This document shows positions 25,485-37,419 of a stretch of DNA of 64,000 nucleotides, piece after piece (within the stretch, counting starts at the first letter, position 1; each line of letters starts with the position of its first letter). Position numbers and translations under genes: made by a program. The stretch comes from Neoechinorhynchus agilis. Taxonomy: Eukaryota > Animalia > Acanthocephala. The notes under the pieces are model-generated. The model searched no databases and was not told where the DNA came from. It worked only from the letters and a program-made list of their open reading frames with translations. The stretch spans positions 3,223,489 to 3,287,488 of the forward strand of contig CM121342.1 of the NCBI GenBank assembly GCA_051530055.1, written 5' to 3'.

Positions 25485-25554
25485 AAGTATCAATGTGTGG
25501 CCTTTTATCACGGCTGATAATTTTTCGGGGATAAAAGGCCACATATTGATACTT
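25485..25554. repeat. Short hairpin (25-bp arms, 1 mismatch) upstream of actin
   Basis: AAGTATCAATGTGTGGCCTTTTATC ... GATAAAAGGCCACATATTGATACTT. Confidence 0.85.
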
Positions 25555-25980
25555 AATAAGTTACCGGTTAGCCAGTCTTCAAAAATTTATTAATATATTT
25601 TTGCTTCAAATGCTACTAGCGTGATAGTGACAGCCGAGGAAAGAGAGAAGCTCCAATTTTGCGGACGGTGGTGATTGCACGTTTTGTGCTTTATTGTTGT
25701 AAAACCTAAAAGACACTTGAATTATTTAAAAATATTAAATAGAATTTTAAAAGGCTTTCTCACACCTAAATGAAGAATAGGAGAGAAGGAGAGTAGGAGC
25801 TGAATTTGAGCGATCTCAAAGCTCCTCAAGACCCATACTCTACCAATATATTTTTTCGGCATCGTTGATGTGTGTAGATGGTGCGATAGTTCCAGCGGAA
25901 TTTCTTCGTTGGATTGCTTTTAAGATGTATTTCAATCTTAATGATAGTCAACCAATGTTTGAAGATTGAATTGTTCATAT

Positions 25981-26181
25981 TGGTTGCTTTCTGGCGGAGA
26001 AATCAAAATGATTTTATTTTAAAATCCGATATTTCGGCACAATATCGTGCCTTGATCAAGGTTGCTTGTAATTTTTTAAATGTGTGAAACTTACAAGCAA
26101 CCTTAATGAAGGCATAGGACTGTGCCGAAATATCGGATTTTAAAATAAAATCATTTTAATTTCTTCGTCAGAAAACAACCA
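25981..26181. mobile_element. Fold-back MITE-like element, TGGTTG family
   Basis: Ends TGGTTG...CAACCA with ATAT on both flanks. ~60-bp arms contain AAAATGATTTTATTTTAAAATCCGATATTTCGGCACA and its reverse complement. Confidence 0.9.
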
Positions 26182-26594
26182 ATATAGTCTACCAGTGACG
26201 ATCTTCCAAAATAAAATTTAAGATGATCGATTAGAAATCTTAAAAATAGATTTTAGTTATGCAAGTATAGATAACGTAAATTTTCTATGAGAGCCATCAA
26301 TGAGACAACACGAGGAATTAAACAAATCACCGATTTTAAAGTCCGGCCATTTCTTGGTTTAACGATTATCATAAAAGTTTAAAAAATACAAAAAGGAGTG
26401 CATCGTCGTTATTGTTACAAATGCGGCAATTTTAGATTGTCGCTCGATTGATGTCTACTCTTATAGTTCAAAATCGGAAATAGAATTCAGTTGATTGTTA
26501 TTATCAAGTCCCAATCAATAATTCGAGTTTCAACAACGTTCGATAGATTATTTTGAGTGGTCCATGGCTTAGTCACTTTAAACGATAAAAAGGA

Positions 26595-28240
26595 AAGGAA
26601 TTCCAGTGACCGTGATTAAAAAATAATACAGAAAAACTTTGTCATAAAGAAGTTGTTTTCATGGATTTATTTTGTTTGGCTATCGAGAAATAGAGATTAA
26701 TTCACTAATTACCTTATTCCCTTTCTCACACAATATTTTTGGTCCGTATCATCGGAATTCTATCTTTCAATCAACCTGAAGAAGTCCTTCGAGACGCACC
26801 AAAAATATTGCGTGAAAAAGGAAATCAATAAATTAATCTCTATTTTCTCAATAACCAAACAGAATAGAAAAACTCTGGTAATCGCATATCACCCAAAAGA
26901 TAAGAGTCAATTTCGAAATCAATTTGAATTCGATACTTCAAGAAAGGGAATTCCAGTGACCAAATTCGTATGATTGTTGTTTTCATGGATTTATTTTGTT
27001 TGGTTATCGAGAAATAGAGATTAATTCACTAATTCCCTTATTCCCTTTCTCATACAATATTTTTGGTCCGTATCATCGGAATTCTATCTTTCAATCAACC
27101 TGAAGAAGTCCTTCGAGCGCACCAAAAATATTGCGTGAAAAAGGAAATCAATAAATTAATCTCTATTTTCTCAATAACCAAACAGAATAGAAAAACTCTG
27201 GTAATCGCATATCACCCAAAAGATAAGAGTCAATTTCGAAATCAATTTGAATTCGATACTTCAAGAAAGGGAATTCCAGTGACCAAATTCGTATGATTGT
27301 TGTTTTCATGGATTTATTTTGTTTGGTTATCGAGAAATAGAGATTAATTCACTAATTCCCTTATTCCCTTTCTCATACAATATTTTTGGTCCGTATCATC
27401 GGAATTCTTTATCTTTCAATCAACCTGAAGAAGTCCTTCGAGGCGCACCAAAAATATTGCGTGAAAAAGGAAATCAATAAATTAATCTCTATTTTCTCAA
27501 TAACCAAACAAAATAGAAAAACTCTGGTAATCGCATATCACCCAAAAGATAAGAGTCAATTTCGAAATCAGTTTGAATTCGATACTTCAAGAAAGGGAAT
27601 TCCAGTGACCGAATTCGTATGATTGTTGTTTTCATGGATTTATTTTGTTTGGTTATCGAGAAATAGAGATTAATTCACTAATTCCCTTATTCCCTTTCTC
27701 ATACAATATTTTTGGTCCGTATCATCGGACTTCTTTATCTTTCAATCAACCTGAAGAAGTCCTTCGAGGCGCACCAAAAATATTATGTAAAAAAGGAAAT
27801 CAATAAATTAATCTCTATTTTCTCAATAACCAAACAGAATAGAAAAACTCTGGTAATCGCATATCACCCAAAAGATAAGAGTCAATTTCGAAATCATTTG
27901 AATTCGATACTTCAAGAAAGGGAATTCCAGTGACCGAATTCGTATGATTGTTGTTTTCATGGATTTATTTTGTTTGGTTATCGAGAAATAGAGATTAATT
28001 CACTAATTCCCTTATTCCCTTTCTCATACAATATTTTTGGTCCGTATCATCGGACTTCTTTATCTTTCAATCAACCTGAAGAAGTCCTTTGAGGCGCACC
28101 AAAAATATTGCGTGAAAAAGGAAATCAATAAATTAATCTCTATTTCTCAATAACCAAACAGAATAGAAAAATTATGGTAATCGTATATCACACAAAAGAT
28201 AAGAGTCAGTTTCAAAATCAGTTTAAAGTCGATACTTCTA
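26595..28240. repeat. Head-to-tail array of five ~322-326-bp units, each containing a palindromic element
   Basis: GGAATTCCAGTGACC at ~26597, 26947, 27268, 27595 and 27921. In each unit TTTGGTTATCGAGAAATAGAGATTAATT..CAATATTTTTGGT is inverted with ACCAAAAATATTG..AATTAATCTCTATTTTCTCAATAACCAAA. Confidence 0.95.
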
Positions 28241-28514
28241 TGGTAGCTTCGGAGCCATAATGTCCTATGGTAAGAGAATTCATTCGAGCAAAATTACCTT
28301 TTATCGTACAAGCTATAACCAAACGTTAACGTTGAAGTCGCGACACGAGTCAACTCATTGCACCGAGCTACGCAATATTTTACAAAAAAATTTAATTATC
28401 GTATTTCTCCCGTCGACTGTGGGATACGACTGGATTTTCCGTTATTATCCCCAAATCAACAAATTATTTTTTAAAAAAAATACACTATTACAAATTCAGA
28501 ACAATTGAATTCTC

Positions 28515-29041
28515 ATGAATGAATCTTATGACTTGGCAAAAGAGCCAGTTGCATCAGTCGAACAAATGATGGAAAGCTTCAAGAAACAAGTAATGATTAG
28601 TATTTTGCTATGTTCCATCTCGGTAGCCGCTATCATAATCACTATTCGGATTTTTAAACTGTTATACGACCGTAGACGGGGAAATATGCTTATAGAAAGC
28701 ATGCTTGAATATCGAGAAATCTTTTTAAAGACAACCTTTTCAAATTAAGACTTTTCGATGTAGGACTGAGTGCAAGACGAGAAGGAAACTTTGGTCAAAA
28801 TTCTCGGATTGAACAAAGTGCAGTGCACAGTTTATTTTTATGGGACACTGAGCAGATTGAACTGACAGAGAACCTTCCAAGTTATCGAGAGATTAATCGA
28901 ATGAAAGTGAAATCAATTCACCGATCTTATCATAACAAATTGAATACACTTAGGCGATCGTATAGTGTTCCCGTAGTGTTTGGAAAATTATATTGCCAAA
29001 AAGATATTAGCCGAAGTTACACGAATGTAAACATTTGTTGA
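28515..29041 (+). CDS. Orphan single-pass membrane protein (2 exons; intron 28672-28730)
   Basis: TM VMISILLCSISVAAIIITIRIF. A 59-nt gtagac...tttttaaag intron joins the two track ORFs in phase. The cytosolic tail contains LPSY and RRSYSVP. Confidence 0.6.
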
Positions 29042-29679
29042 TTTGCAGATTCCTGGATCTACGATCATAAATATTAATAAAAAAAGTAATGTAAGTGTTT
29101 AATGCCAGGGATAAAAGTTTATGGACATATCGTCTAATCAAATAACCAAAGTTCGATGACAAGAAAATAAAAATTAATGTAAATAATAAACTCAGAAAGC
29201 AAATTAATAATAAATCGAACGATTAAAAATGGCTATTGGTGGACTCAGCAACGTCCGAAAAGAATAAAATATCTACGTGATTAGGAATTAAAATAGAAAT
29301 CAATTGAAAAAAAGTTTGATCAAATGTTCAGAGGAGCTTTTTTTAGAAACATTTCACTGATCCTAAAGATCCACAAAAACCAATCTATACGAATACGTGT
29401 GCCGACTCTCGAATATCCAAGAAAATCACCGTCGAATAAACATTGAAATTTCAAAATTGTTTAGGCGTTTTTGAGCCTTAAAACTCACCTAAACTTCTCC
29501 AGGGTGTTTATAGTTTTCCCAATTATTTTTAAAACTAATAAAGTCAGAAAATTGCAAAAAATATATGCAAAGTTATCATGTATCTTACAAAATTTAACGA
29601 AAACTTTCATTCAAGTCTTATACGGAAAGAGGTCACGATTATTTTCAATATATCTCGTAAATTTTTATGAAGATTGGCC

Positions 29680-29990
29680 AGCCTCCCCGGGAGGTATCTG
29701 AGGATCCGGACGGGAATGTAAAACTCTTCTACCGGATGGTTCAGTGCATTGAGTGATTTTATTCGCTTCCCTGAAACAGATCGGTGGGTTGTGTGCCCAA
29801 AAATTATCAGCCGCTGGCTCAACGCCACCGGTCGCTGGGTTCCACGGGTGTGCGAGGCTGCTGGAAGGGGAGGGGTCAGGTTTGAGATCGCCCATCGGCC
29901 CCAAAAGGAGGGTTGGCCCTGCCCCTTCGAGTGCGGCTAAGCGCCTCCGATCTGTGTGAGTTAGCCGAAAAAGGCTCCAAAGGAATATAG
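29680..29990 (+). mobile_element. 5'-truncated copy of the hammerhead-associated SINE-like family (subfamily 2)
   Basis: AGCCTCCCCGGGAGGTATCTGAGGATCCGG matches the 52683-52711 copy. The downstream part aligns with copies at 43150-43260 and 8760-8890. Confidence 0.65.
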
Positions 29991-30353
29991 ACAAAACTCT
30001 CAAAAGAAGATGTCACAGACCAACAAGTGTATGAGGCCTTGATAATAAATAAATATCAGCCGTGTGATAAAAAGGGATTTCTATTACTTTAAAATAAAAA
30101 ATGCTTACAGTGAATTTCTTATGCTTTTTTTTGATTAAATCGAGATAGCGATGACGGCGCCTTTATCAAATCCACGGCGCCAAAGCGTCACAATGCAGTC
30201 ACGCTGGCGCCAGTTTTGATGCAATCCGAAAAGCAAAGGATATTCGAAACTTGAAACCGAATAGAAAAAGGCTTGTAGTTTGATTTTATCGATTTAAAAT
30301 GTCTTTAAAGAATTGAAACGTTCAAATTTGTTGTAGAAGATTGCAGGATTAAG

Positions 30354-33300
30354 ATGAACAAGTTTGCGATTGAGCCGCCATCAAGAGCAGACAAACGTAA
30401 ATTCGATTTTTTGTCACAAATTCTAAAATGCATTTCTTGCTCCAATTGTGATCGCCAGAATCAATGTAACCAATCAAACTTCGAAATCTATCGAACTCAA
30501 TGTTGTTATTTGCCGGTTTGTGGAGAATGTGATCAAGTCTGCGAGTGTAAATCGGATCGCACTTCGCAGAAATCCAAGGATCAATTCCTCACTGATATTT
30601 GGAAAATATAGATTATTTTGGCGCAGAGCTCTAAGGTTGGCGAAGAATATTCAATCACGATTTTCCCCTTGGTGATTTTGTGTGAATCATATCAAAATGA
30701 TCTTTAGGGAACCACCACCACCACCACCACCACCACCACCACCACCACCACCACCACCACCACCACCACCACCACCACCACCACCACCACCACCACCACC
30801 ACCACCACCACCACCACCACCACCACCACCACCACCACCACCACCACCACCACCACCACCACCACCACCACCACCACCACCACCACCACCACCACCACCA
30901 CCACCACCACCACCACCACCACCACCACCCACCGTTTGACCTTTAAGCAATTCTCAAGGTCAAAAATAGATTCTAGTAAGCGTCAAAATATTCTCTAATT
31001 CAGCAGAGCAGAGCTCCTGATAATAAATTATTTGATTTTCCAATGTTAAAGGGAAATAAGTCAACTAATCTGCTTGGGCGCGAATATCAGACCCTTCATG
31101 TTTCAACTGATGAATCAAAAAAGAGGCCTTTATCGGAGTCATCGAATTCAATCGACAAGAAACGCGCACGGCTTTCCGAGAGCGAACAGTCATCAAGTTC
31201 TCAGCGTCTTAAAAATGAATTCACGCATTTTATTAGGCTTCTTCCTAAAATATGGGACAATCGATCCTTAAAATAATAGTCAATGATCTTATGAGGCTTT
31301 CTTTTTATTTCCAATCAAACAAAAATAAAAAATTATGATTTTTTGTTGAGATTATGTGCATATCGAAACGTAAAGGTACTACCGATTTATTAGCGTGAAT
31401 TTATTCGGTAAAATTTCGATGAGATGTACATTTGCGATAGGTAAATACTCTAAACGTTCAGTTGAAGCTTCCACGTGTAAAAGTATTACACCAAAAATAA
31501 TCGAGGATGAATCTAAAAGTCAAAACAAAGAGTTCGAGAAGCTTTGTCGTTTATATAAGTCCAGAATGGTGCTGAGATCTTCACAATTAGAAGAAATGAG
31601 CGAAGATGAAGATTGCAATCGCGTGGGAGACGATACGCATTCTGAATGTCAAGATCTTTTGAAATCAGCAACTGGGAATGATCAGAAATGGCCACACGAG
31701 AAAGATGCTAAGAATGTTGTAACGATTAATCCCTTAAAAAATAGCGACATTCTAGACGATGCTATTTGCAAAGAGAACGTTTTGTATACCGATGAGCCAT
31801 CGGATAATTTAGATATAGCGGCTAAAGATATAAATAAGATTGAACACAATGATGAGAGTTTAGATTTGATTTCGACTGTTGGAAACTCTCCTAATGTAGA
31901 GCTTGGAGCAGCAGACATGGTTCTGACTCAGGAAATCGCTCACGACGAGCATGAAACTGAAATTGATAATGCCACGCGAAATTCGGATTTTAGCGAACAG
32001 CCATCGCCTTCCCAAAAACCTGACGATATCGATGTTTTCGCGAATACGACTGAGGAAATCGTTCAATCAGATTGTAATGTCGACACAACGGATTTGGATG
32101 TCACTCGATCGTTGACAACGACCGTTCAAAATGCCGAAATTGATGTTTCGACTCAAGAACTAGCTGGATTCGGGAGTACATCCAATGTCATTGAGAATTT
32201 TTCTTCACCCGATGAACTTGTTCAAACGTTCAGATCTGAACATAATACTGTTTCACAAACGGAAACGATTGATTTGGATGAAACAATGAGTATTCTTTTT
32301 GGACAGAACGCAGATTTGGAACATAAGCGCTCAATCTCCGATGCTGTTGAAGTAAATGATGAGTTTTCGGCGTGCCTACATAGAGCTCCCAAACGAAAAC
32401 CGATTATAGCATCGACTCAACAAGATGAATCGCACATCTCCTTGCATAATCAGACACTTGAGGATCTTCCTGGGTTTGTAGTGGCCCCTCTGGACATTGA
32501 ATCTGTCGATGTCGGGAGCGAAGTCGTCGAGAGTTCTGATGAATGTGAAAGGCAATCAAACTGGGCGGCGAATCGAGAATTTCGTCCCATTGAGATTGCA
32601 GTCACCAATTTGATGCCGGATGAGATTGTAGGCTTGCATTTTCATGATTTTAAATCATCGCTTGAATTTAGACTCAAGTTGATGAGTTGGCCCAAATATT
32701 GCAAATCAGACGTTCGAATCAAGTAACCGAATCGACTACTCATCTCATCACAAGATCAGGTATGTTTATAGCCTGTAATCTATTCTTTAAAATACACGTG
32801 CTGTTATGTTTGAAATTTAAAAGTCATTACGAATCTCGGCATAGACGATTGATTATGATACTTATCGGCAAAAATTTAGCTCAAATTCGTTTTGTTAAAA
32901 ACACATAATCATTGAATATTTTCCGTTAATAAGTCACAAAAAACTGTGCTAAATTAATTTTATGCGATAAGAATTTCACTCCTAATCAAATTTTCTGTTT
33001 AGGCATTACGCGAGGTTATTGTCGAACTTTAAAAATAATCCAAGCAATCGCTCGTCACATTTACATCCTTGACTTTGATTGGGTGACCGATTCACTTTCT
33101 ACTTTCACACTGATGAATGAAACGGACTATGAAATGAAGGATGAAATCCGATCGACGTTTGAACCCAATGCACCAATGAGATCGCGGCTTGCTAAATTAA
33201 ATGATTCTAGCCATACATTATTTCCTCCATTAAGAATTCTTTTTACTTTAGCTCAAGTAACAAACTATACAAGCGGTAATCTTTTTCGCTTTTAAATTTA

Positions 33301-33699
33301 CTATCATCCACACAATTAGACGATTTGGCATCGCTTGCGGATGTCACCGGAGCTTTGATTGTACGGAACATTGCTGATTTTCTGGACGGCAAAGGAGGTA
33401 TTATCCTGATTTCACCCAAAGTTGGCGATGAACACAAACTTAGCCGATCGTATCCAATATTTAAAGGTATTTTCGCTCTGGAATATTTAGTGCTTACTTT
33501 TGCTACAGCTCTTTTCGATGATCTGAACGTTCGATCGATACAATCTCATTGGTTTTTGGATTGTATTGCAGGCTACGACATGCGACCGTTTGGTTCCTAT
33601 TCATTGTACGATGAAAATTTATCAACGCTGCATAATCGCAAAAGAGTGATCTTGAACGCAAGTGTTTTGGAGAGCCTCGTTCAAATTTGGCAACATTAA
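30354..33699 (+). CDS. BRCA1: BRCA1-like protein (degenerate RING, long acidic disordered exon, tandem BRCT)
   Basis: BRCT1 IAVTNLMPDEITQVDELAQILQIRRSNQVTESTTHLIT..CRTLKIIQAIA..DFDWVTDSL aligns with BRCA1 MVVSGLTPEEF..LTNLITEETTHVV..ERTLKYFLGIA..SYFWVTQSI. BRCT2 has TNYTSDDLASLADVTGA..SHWFLDCIAGY. The N-terminus is Cys-rich and RING-like. The 5' exon structure is unresolved (in-frame TAG at 30609-30611). Confidence 0.75.
30712..30930 (+). repeat. (CCA)n microsatellite, 73 units
   Basis: Uninterrupted CCA run (73 Pro codons in the track ORF). Confidence 0.98.
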
Positions 33700-33949
33700 A
33701 TTCGCAACATTAGACTCTTTCAGGGATTGTATGGTCATCACACGTTGAGAATTTCACTATTGATACATCGATTAGTCGTCAGTAGGACAAATTATTATTC
33801 CCTTTAAATGTTAAGTTTTGAATCATGGTGTAAAATTCAAAAGCTTTTCGTTTTGCATTGAAATCGTTCCATTATTTAACGTGTTTCGTTCTGAGCAAAT
33901 TATTTGAAAGTGTACTAAAGTGCACTTCAGCGAATCGCATTCTGGTATA

Positions 33950-36700
33950 ATTCAGCTACGCAGGTGGCTTGGTCTTGTTTTCATAAAGGAATAATTGATT
34001 CTGCACCTCAAGTAGACGATAGATAGAATGAGCGCATTTGCTGAATTAGTAAAATGTTTAATGCCAACCCAGCCCCGGGGAAACTCGGTGCCGGTCACAA
34101 GCCCGGATAAATGGGGAGGATTCGTGTCAGCAAGGGCATCCGGCCGTAAAAACCTTGCACCAATAAAGCCAAAAATGAACAGTCTAACAAACACACAAAC
34201 AAGGATTGGGACGTACACAGTATGCGACTCTGAATAAATTATCGAATGAACAAAGACCCAAACGCAGACGAAAACTGAGAATTCGATCTTTAAACGTCGG
34301 AACAATGACGGGTAAATGGGTGGAAATAGTGCATATGATGAAGAGAAGGAGGATTGAATGTCTATGTGTAAAGGAGTCGAAGCACGCGATCTTGTAGACG
34401 GCTTCAAGCTATTTTATAATGGTTCATCTTCTGATCGAAATGGAGTTGGAATTTTCTTGAGTGATAAACATACAGATGGAGTCATAGAATTCTATAAGAA
34501 AAATGATAGGATAATGTGGATAGACCTTGGAGGGCAATGCTTGGTGATCGTTTCTTGTTATGCCCCACAAGCCGGACTCACGCAGCAGGAGAAAGACCAT
34601 TTTTGGGAAGATCTATATGATGTGGTCCATGAAATCAAGGAAAAAAAGATGTATAATATGTGGAGATCCCAACGGTCATGTTGACGCGGAGCACACGGTA
34701 TAAGAGGCTTTAGAACCTGAAATCTAGAGGGGAAAAGCATTTTGGATTTTCTTCAGATCACGAACACTTTAAGAAAGAAGACCGACAACTTGTGACCTAC
34801 AACATCGGCAGCAATAGGAAAACGCAAATAGATTATATGCTCTATCCACAAGAAAAATTGAGAGAAGTGAAAACCGTGAAAACTATACCTGGAGAGACGT
34901 GCGCTTCGGAACACCGTTTACTGTGTATGGATCTGGACCCAAATACAGGATGCCTAGTAAAATCAAATTGTGGCGACTTGATCAAACTCTAAAAACAAGA
35001 AGCAGGCTATCGGCATTCTAAATCACGACATTGAGGATACGAACAGATGATGGATTAAATCGGCAGAGGAAATTCGTAGAATAGGCAGAGAAACCCTTGG
35101 AGCAACCACGTGTAGAAAATTACCGAAACAAGAAACATGGTGGTGGAAAGACGAAGTGCAAAGGGCGATAGCGGACCAAAAGAGTGCGAAAAAGAAAATG
35201 GATGCAGATCAACCAAGTGGGAATAAGGAAATATATGAGAAGGCGAGAAAAAGAGCAAAGAAAGCTGTGGCGATAGGGAAGTAAGAGGCAAATTCGATCT
35301 TCTATTCAAAGCTACAAGAAGACAAAACAATGTCATATGGGTTCAATGTGACGAAGATCAGGGGTCGAAGGACATTACCAAGGTAAAGCAAATTAAGGAC
35401 AAGGATGGAAACATTTTCAGCGAAGAAAAAGAAGTTAAAGAAAGGTGGAGAGAATACTTCGATCAACTGCTGAACAGTAAGAATGGCGCAGATAGAGTGC
35501 AGGAACCTTACGAAGGTTTAGTCAACGCGTTATCAGAGGTCGAAGTTAAAACCGCACTTTCCAAGATGAAGAACGGGAAAGCGACGGGCCCAGATGAAAT
35601 ACGCATAAAGGTCTGGAAAGTGCTTGAAGTTGATGCTGTTCTGCTATTAACAAATCTCTTCAAGCGAATACTCACTACTGAAAAGATCCGGGACGAATGG
35701 AGGCAGATCACACTGTTACCGATATACAAACAGAGACGCGATGTCAGAGCTTGTTCAAACTATCGAGGAATCAAATTGTTGAGCTCCACGAGAAATGTCC
35801 ACATCAGAAAAGCAGAGAAGATTTATGCCCGGCAGACGTAGTACCGAAGCTGTATTTGGGTTACGCCAGTTATACGAAAAATGCCATGAAAAACGAAGGA
35901 AAATACACAGCGTGTTCATCGATCTCGAAACCCCTAGAAAACTGGTATGGAACTGCCTTAGAAGAGAACTTGGCCTCAAAAGACTTATATCACAGCGATT
36001 CAGAACATGTACAGACAGAGCAAAGTAAATATAAGGACGCCAGTTGGTAATACGGATAGATTCTCGATGAACGTGAAATTGCATCAAGGTTCAGCATTGA
36101 GCCTTATTTGTTTGTAGTCAGTATGGATGAAATCAGAAAACCGATCAGTAAAGGTCCGCCATGGAACATACTTTTCGCAGAAATTTGACAAATTCAAGTA
36201 CCTCGGCTCTATAGTGTCGATGCAAAACGATATCACCGATGAAATTTCATCGAGAATAAATAGCGGATGGATGAAGTAGAAAAGCCTAACTGAGATCTTG
36301 TGTGGAGTCTTCAAGATGGCAATCAGACCAGCCATGTTATATGGGGTGGAGACATTGAACACCAATGCCATGGCCGAAATGAGTATGATGATTTGGATGT
36401 GTGGGGTGACCAGGCAAGACGTGATCCCAAATAATGCGGTCCGGGGCTCAGCGAAGGTGGATAACATAAAGGAAGCTATCGCGAAACGGAGAATCAAATG
36501 GAGCGATATGGTGAAAGGTGAAGAGTCGATTTATTCGAAAAGTTGAGCAAATGGAAATCGAAGGGTCCAGGAGGTGCGGAAGGTCGAGAAAACGATGGAA
36601 AGATTGTGCAGCTGAGTACCGACGTTTTAGAGAGAAACGGAGGGGTGTGTGAAGTCTTTTTACTGCAAGCTTCTGTGCGACCCCAAGAAGGGAAAAGTTG
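33950..36700 (+). mobile_element. Decayed RTE-clade (BovB-like) LINE: APE endonuclease + reverse transcriptase, many frameshifts
   Basis: RIRSLNVGTMTGK, GVGI, IVSCYAPQAG, TQIDY, SEHRL, GPDEI, SNYRGIKLL, FMPGRRSTEAVF, FIDLE, LHQGSALSPYLF and KYLGS. The 5' UTR contains AAGGGCATCCGGCCGTAAAAACC. Confidence 0.92.
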
Positions 36701-37419
36701 AAGTTTTTAGTATTGATGACGTCACCATTGCCAATACGATTCTTTCGCAGCTACAAAGTTTGTTGTATTGTTGTATGCAACGGTACTTTCCTACGTTTCA
36801 CCGTAGGTGGATCTGAAATACACGACAGCAGTCCTGTTATGCGGGCAATTCGCGTCTCTTAAAATCAGGTCATCGTATGTACGACAGTTCCCTTCGCCTT
36901 TACGATACAATGTCGTTGGCTTCCAGAAAAGGAACTGTTGCACGACCTGTGGGCAAGATGCCTCGGACCGAATTATATTGCCCGTGAACTGCAGTCGTCT
37001 GTGGCGCAAGTATTCACTGGGCGGTTGGACTCCGGCTCTCTTATACAGTGCTTTGTTGGTCACTTTATCTGACCATCTGACCTTGAACGCCGCACGTAAG
37101 AGAGATGAATGATTTTGGTCCAACTGCCTCGTCGCCGTTGGTGACAGTGTCCAGGTCTCTGCATTGTAGTAGCGAATGCTCTCAATTAGAGTCCTGAACA
37201 GCTACGAACGGAATTCATCTGGCAAGGACTCACTGTCAAACGGTGGTTTAAGTTGCCCCATTGCTCTCCAAGCTATAGCTCTCTGTCGGCTGACATCCGC
37301 ACTCACCTAAGGAACGACAGCTCCCAGATAGACATACCGCTCTATCTCTTTTAATTGCCATTAAATTTTAGTCTATCCCTTTCTTGTCCGGCTTATTTTT
37401 AGGCGCAAAGCCAAACCAA

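Noticed and set aside
27063-27933. Three similar 73-78 aa ORFs
   Set aside because: They are translations of the 324-bp repeat unit, start at TTG and differ by frameshifting indels between copies.
13632-28240. Palindrome-plus-spacer arrays resembling CRISPR
   Set aside because: The spacers are identical rather than unique, the units are 250-325 bp, no cas genes are present and the context is eukaryotic.
28724-28730. TTTAAAG slippery heptamer that would -1 frameshift ORF 28515 into the 28823 frame
   Set aside because: A 59-nt GT-AG intron (28672-28730) of the size typical here joins the same frames, and no downstream stimulatory structure is evident.
30687-30950. Poly-Gly and poly-Val ORFs on the minus strand
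   Set aside because: These are shadow frames of the (CCA)n microsatellite.
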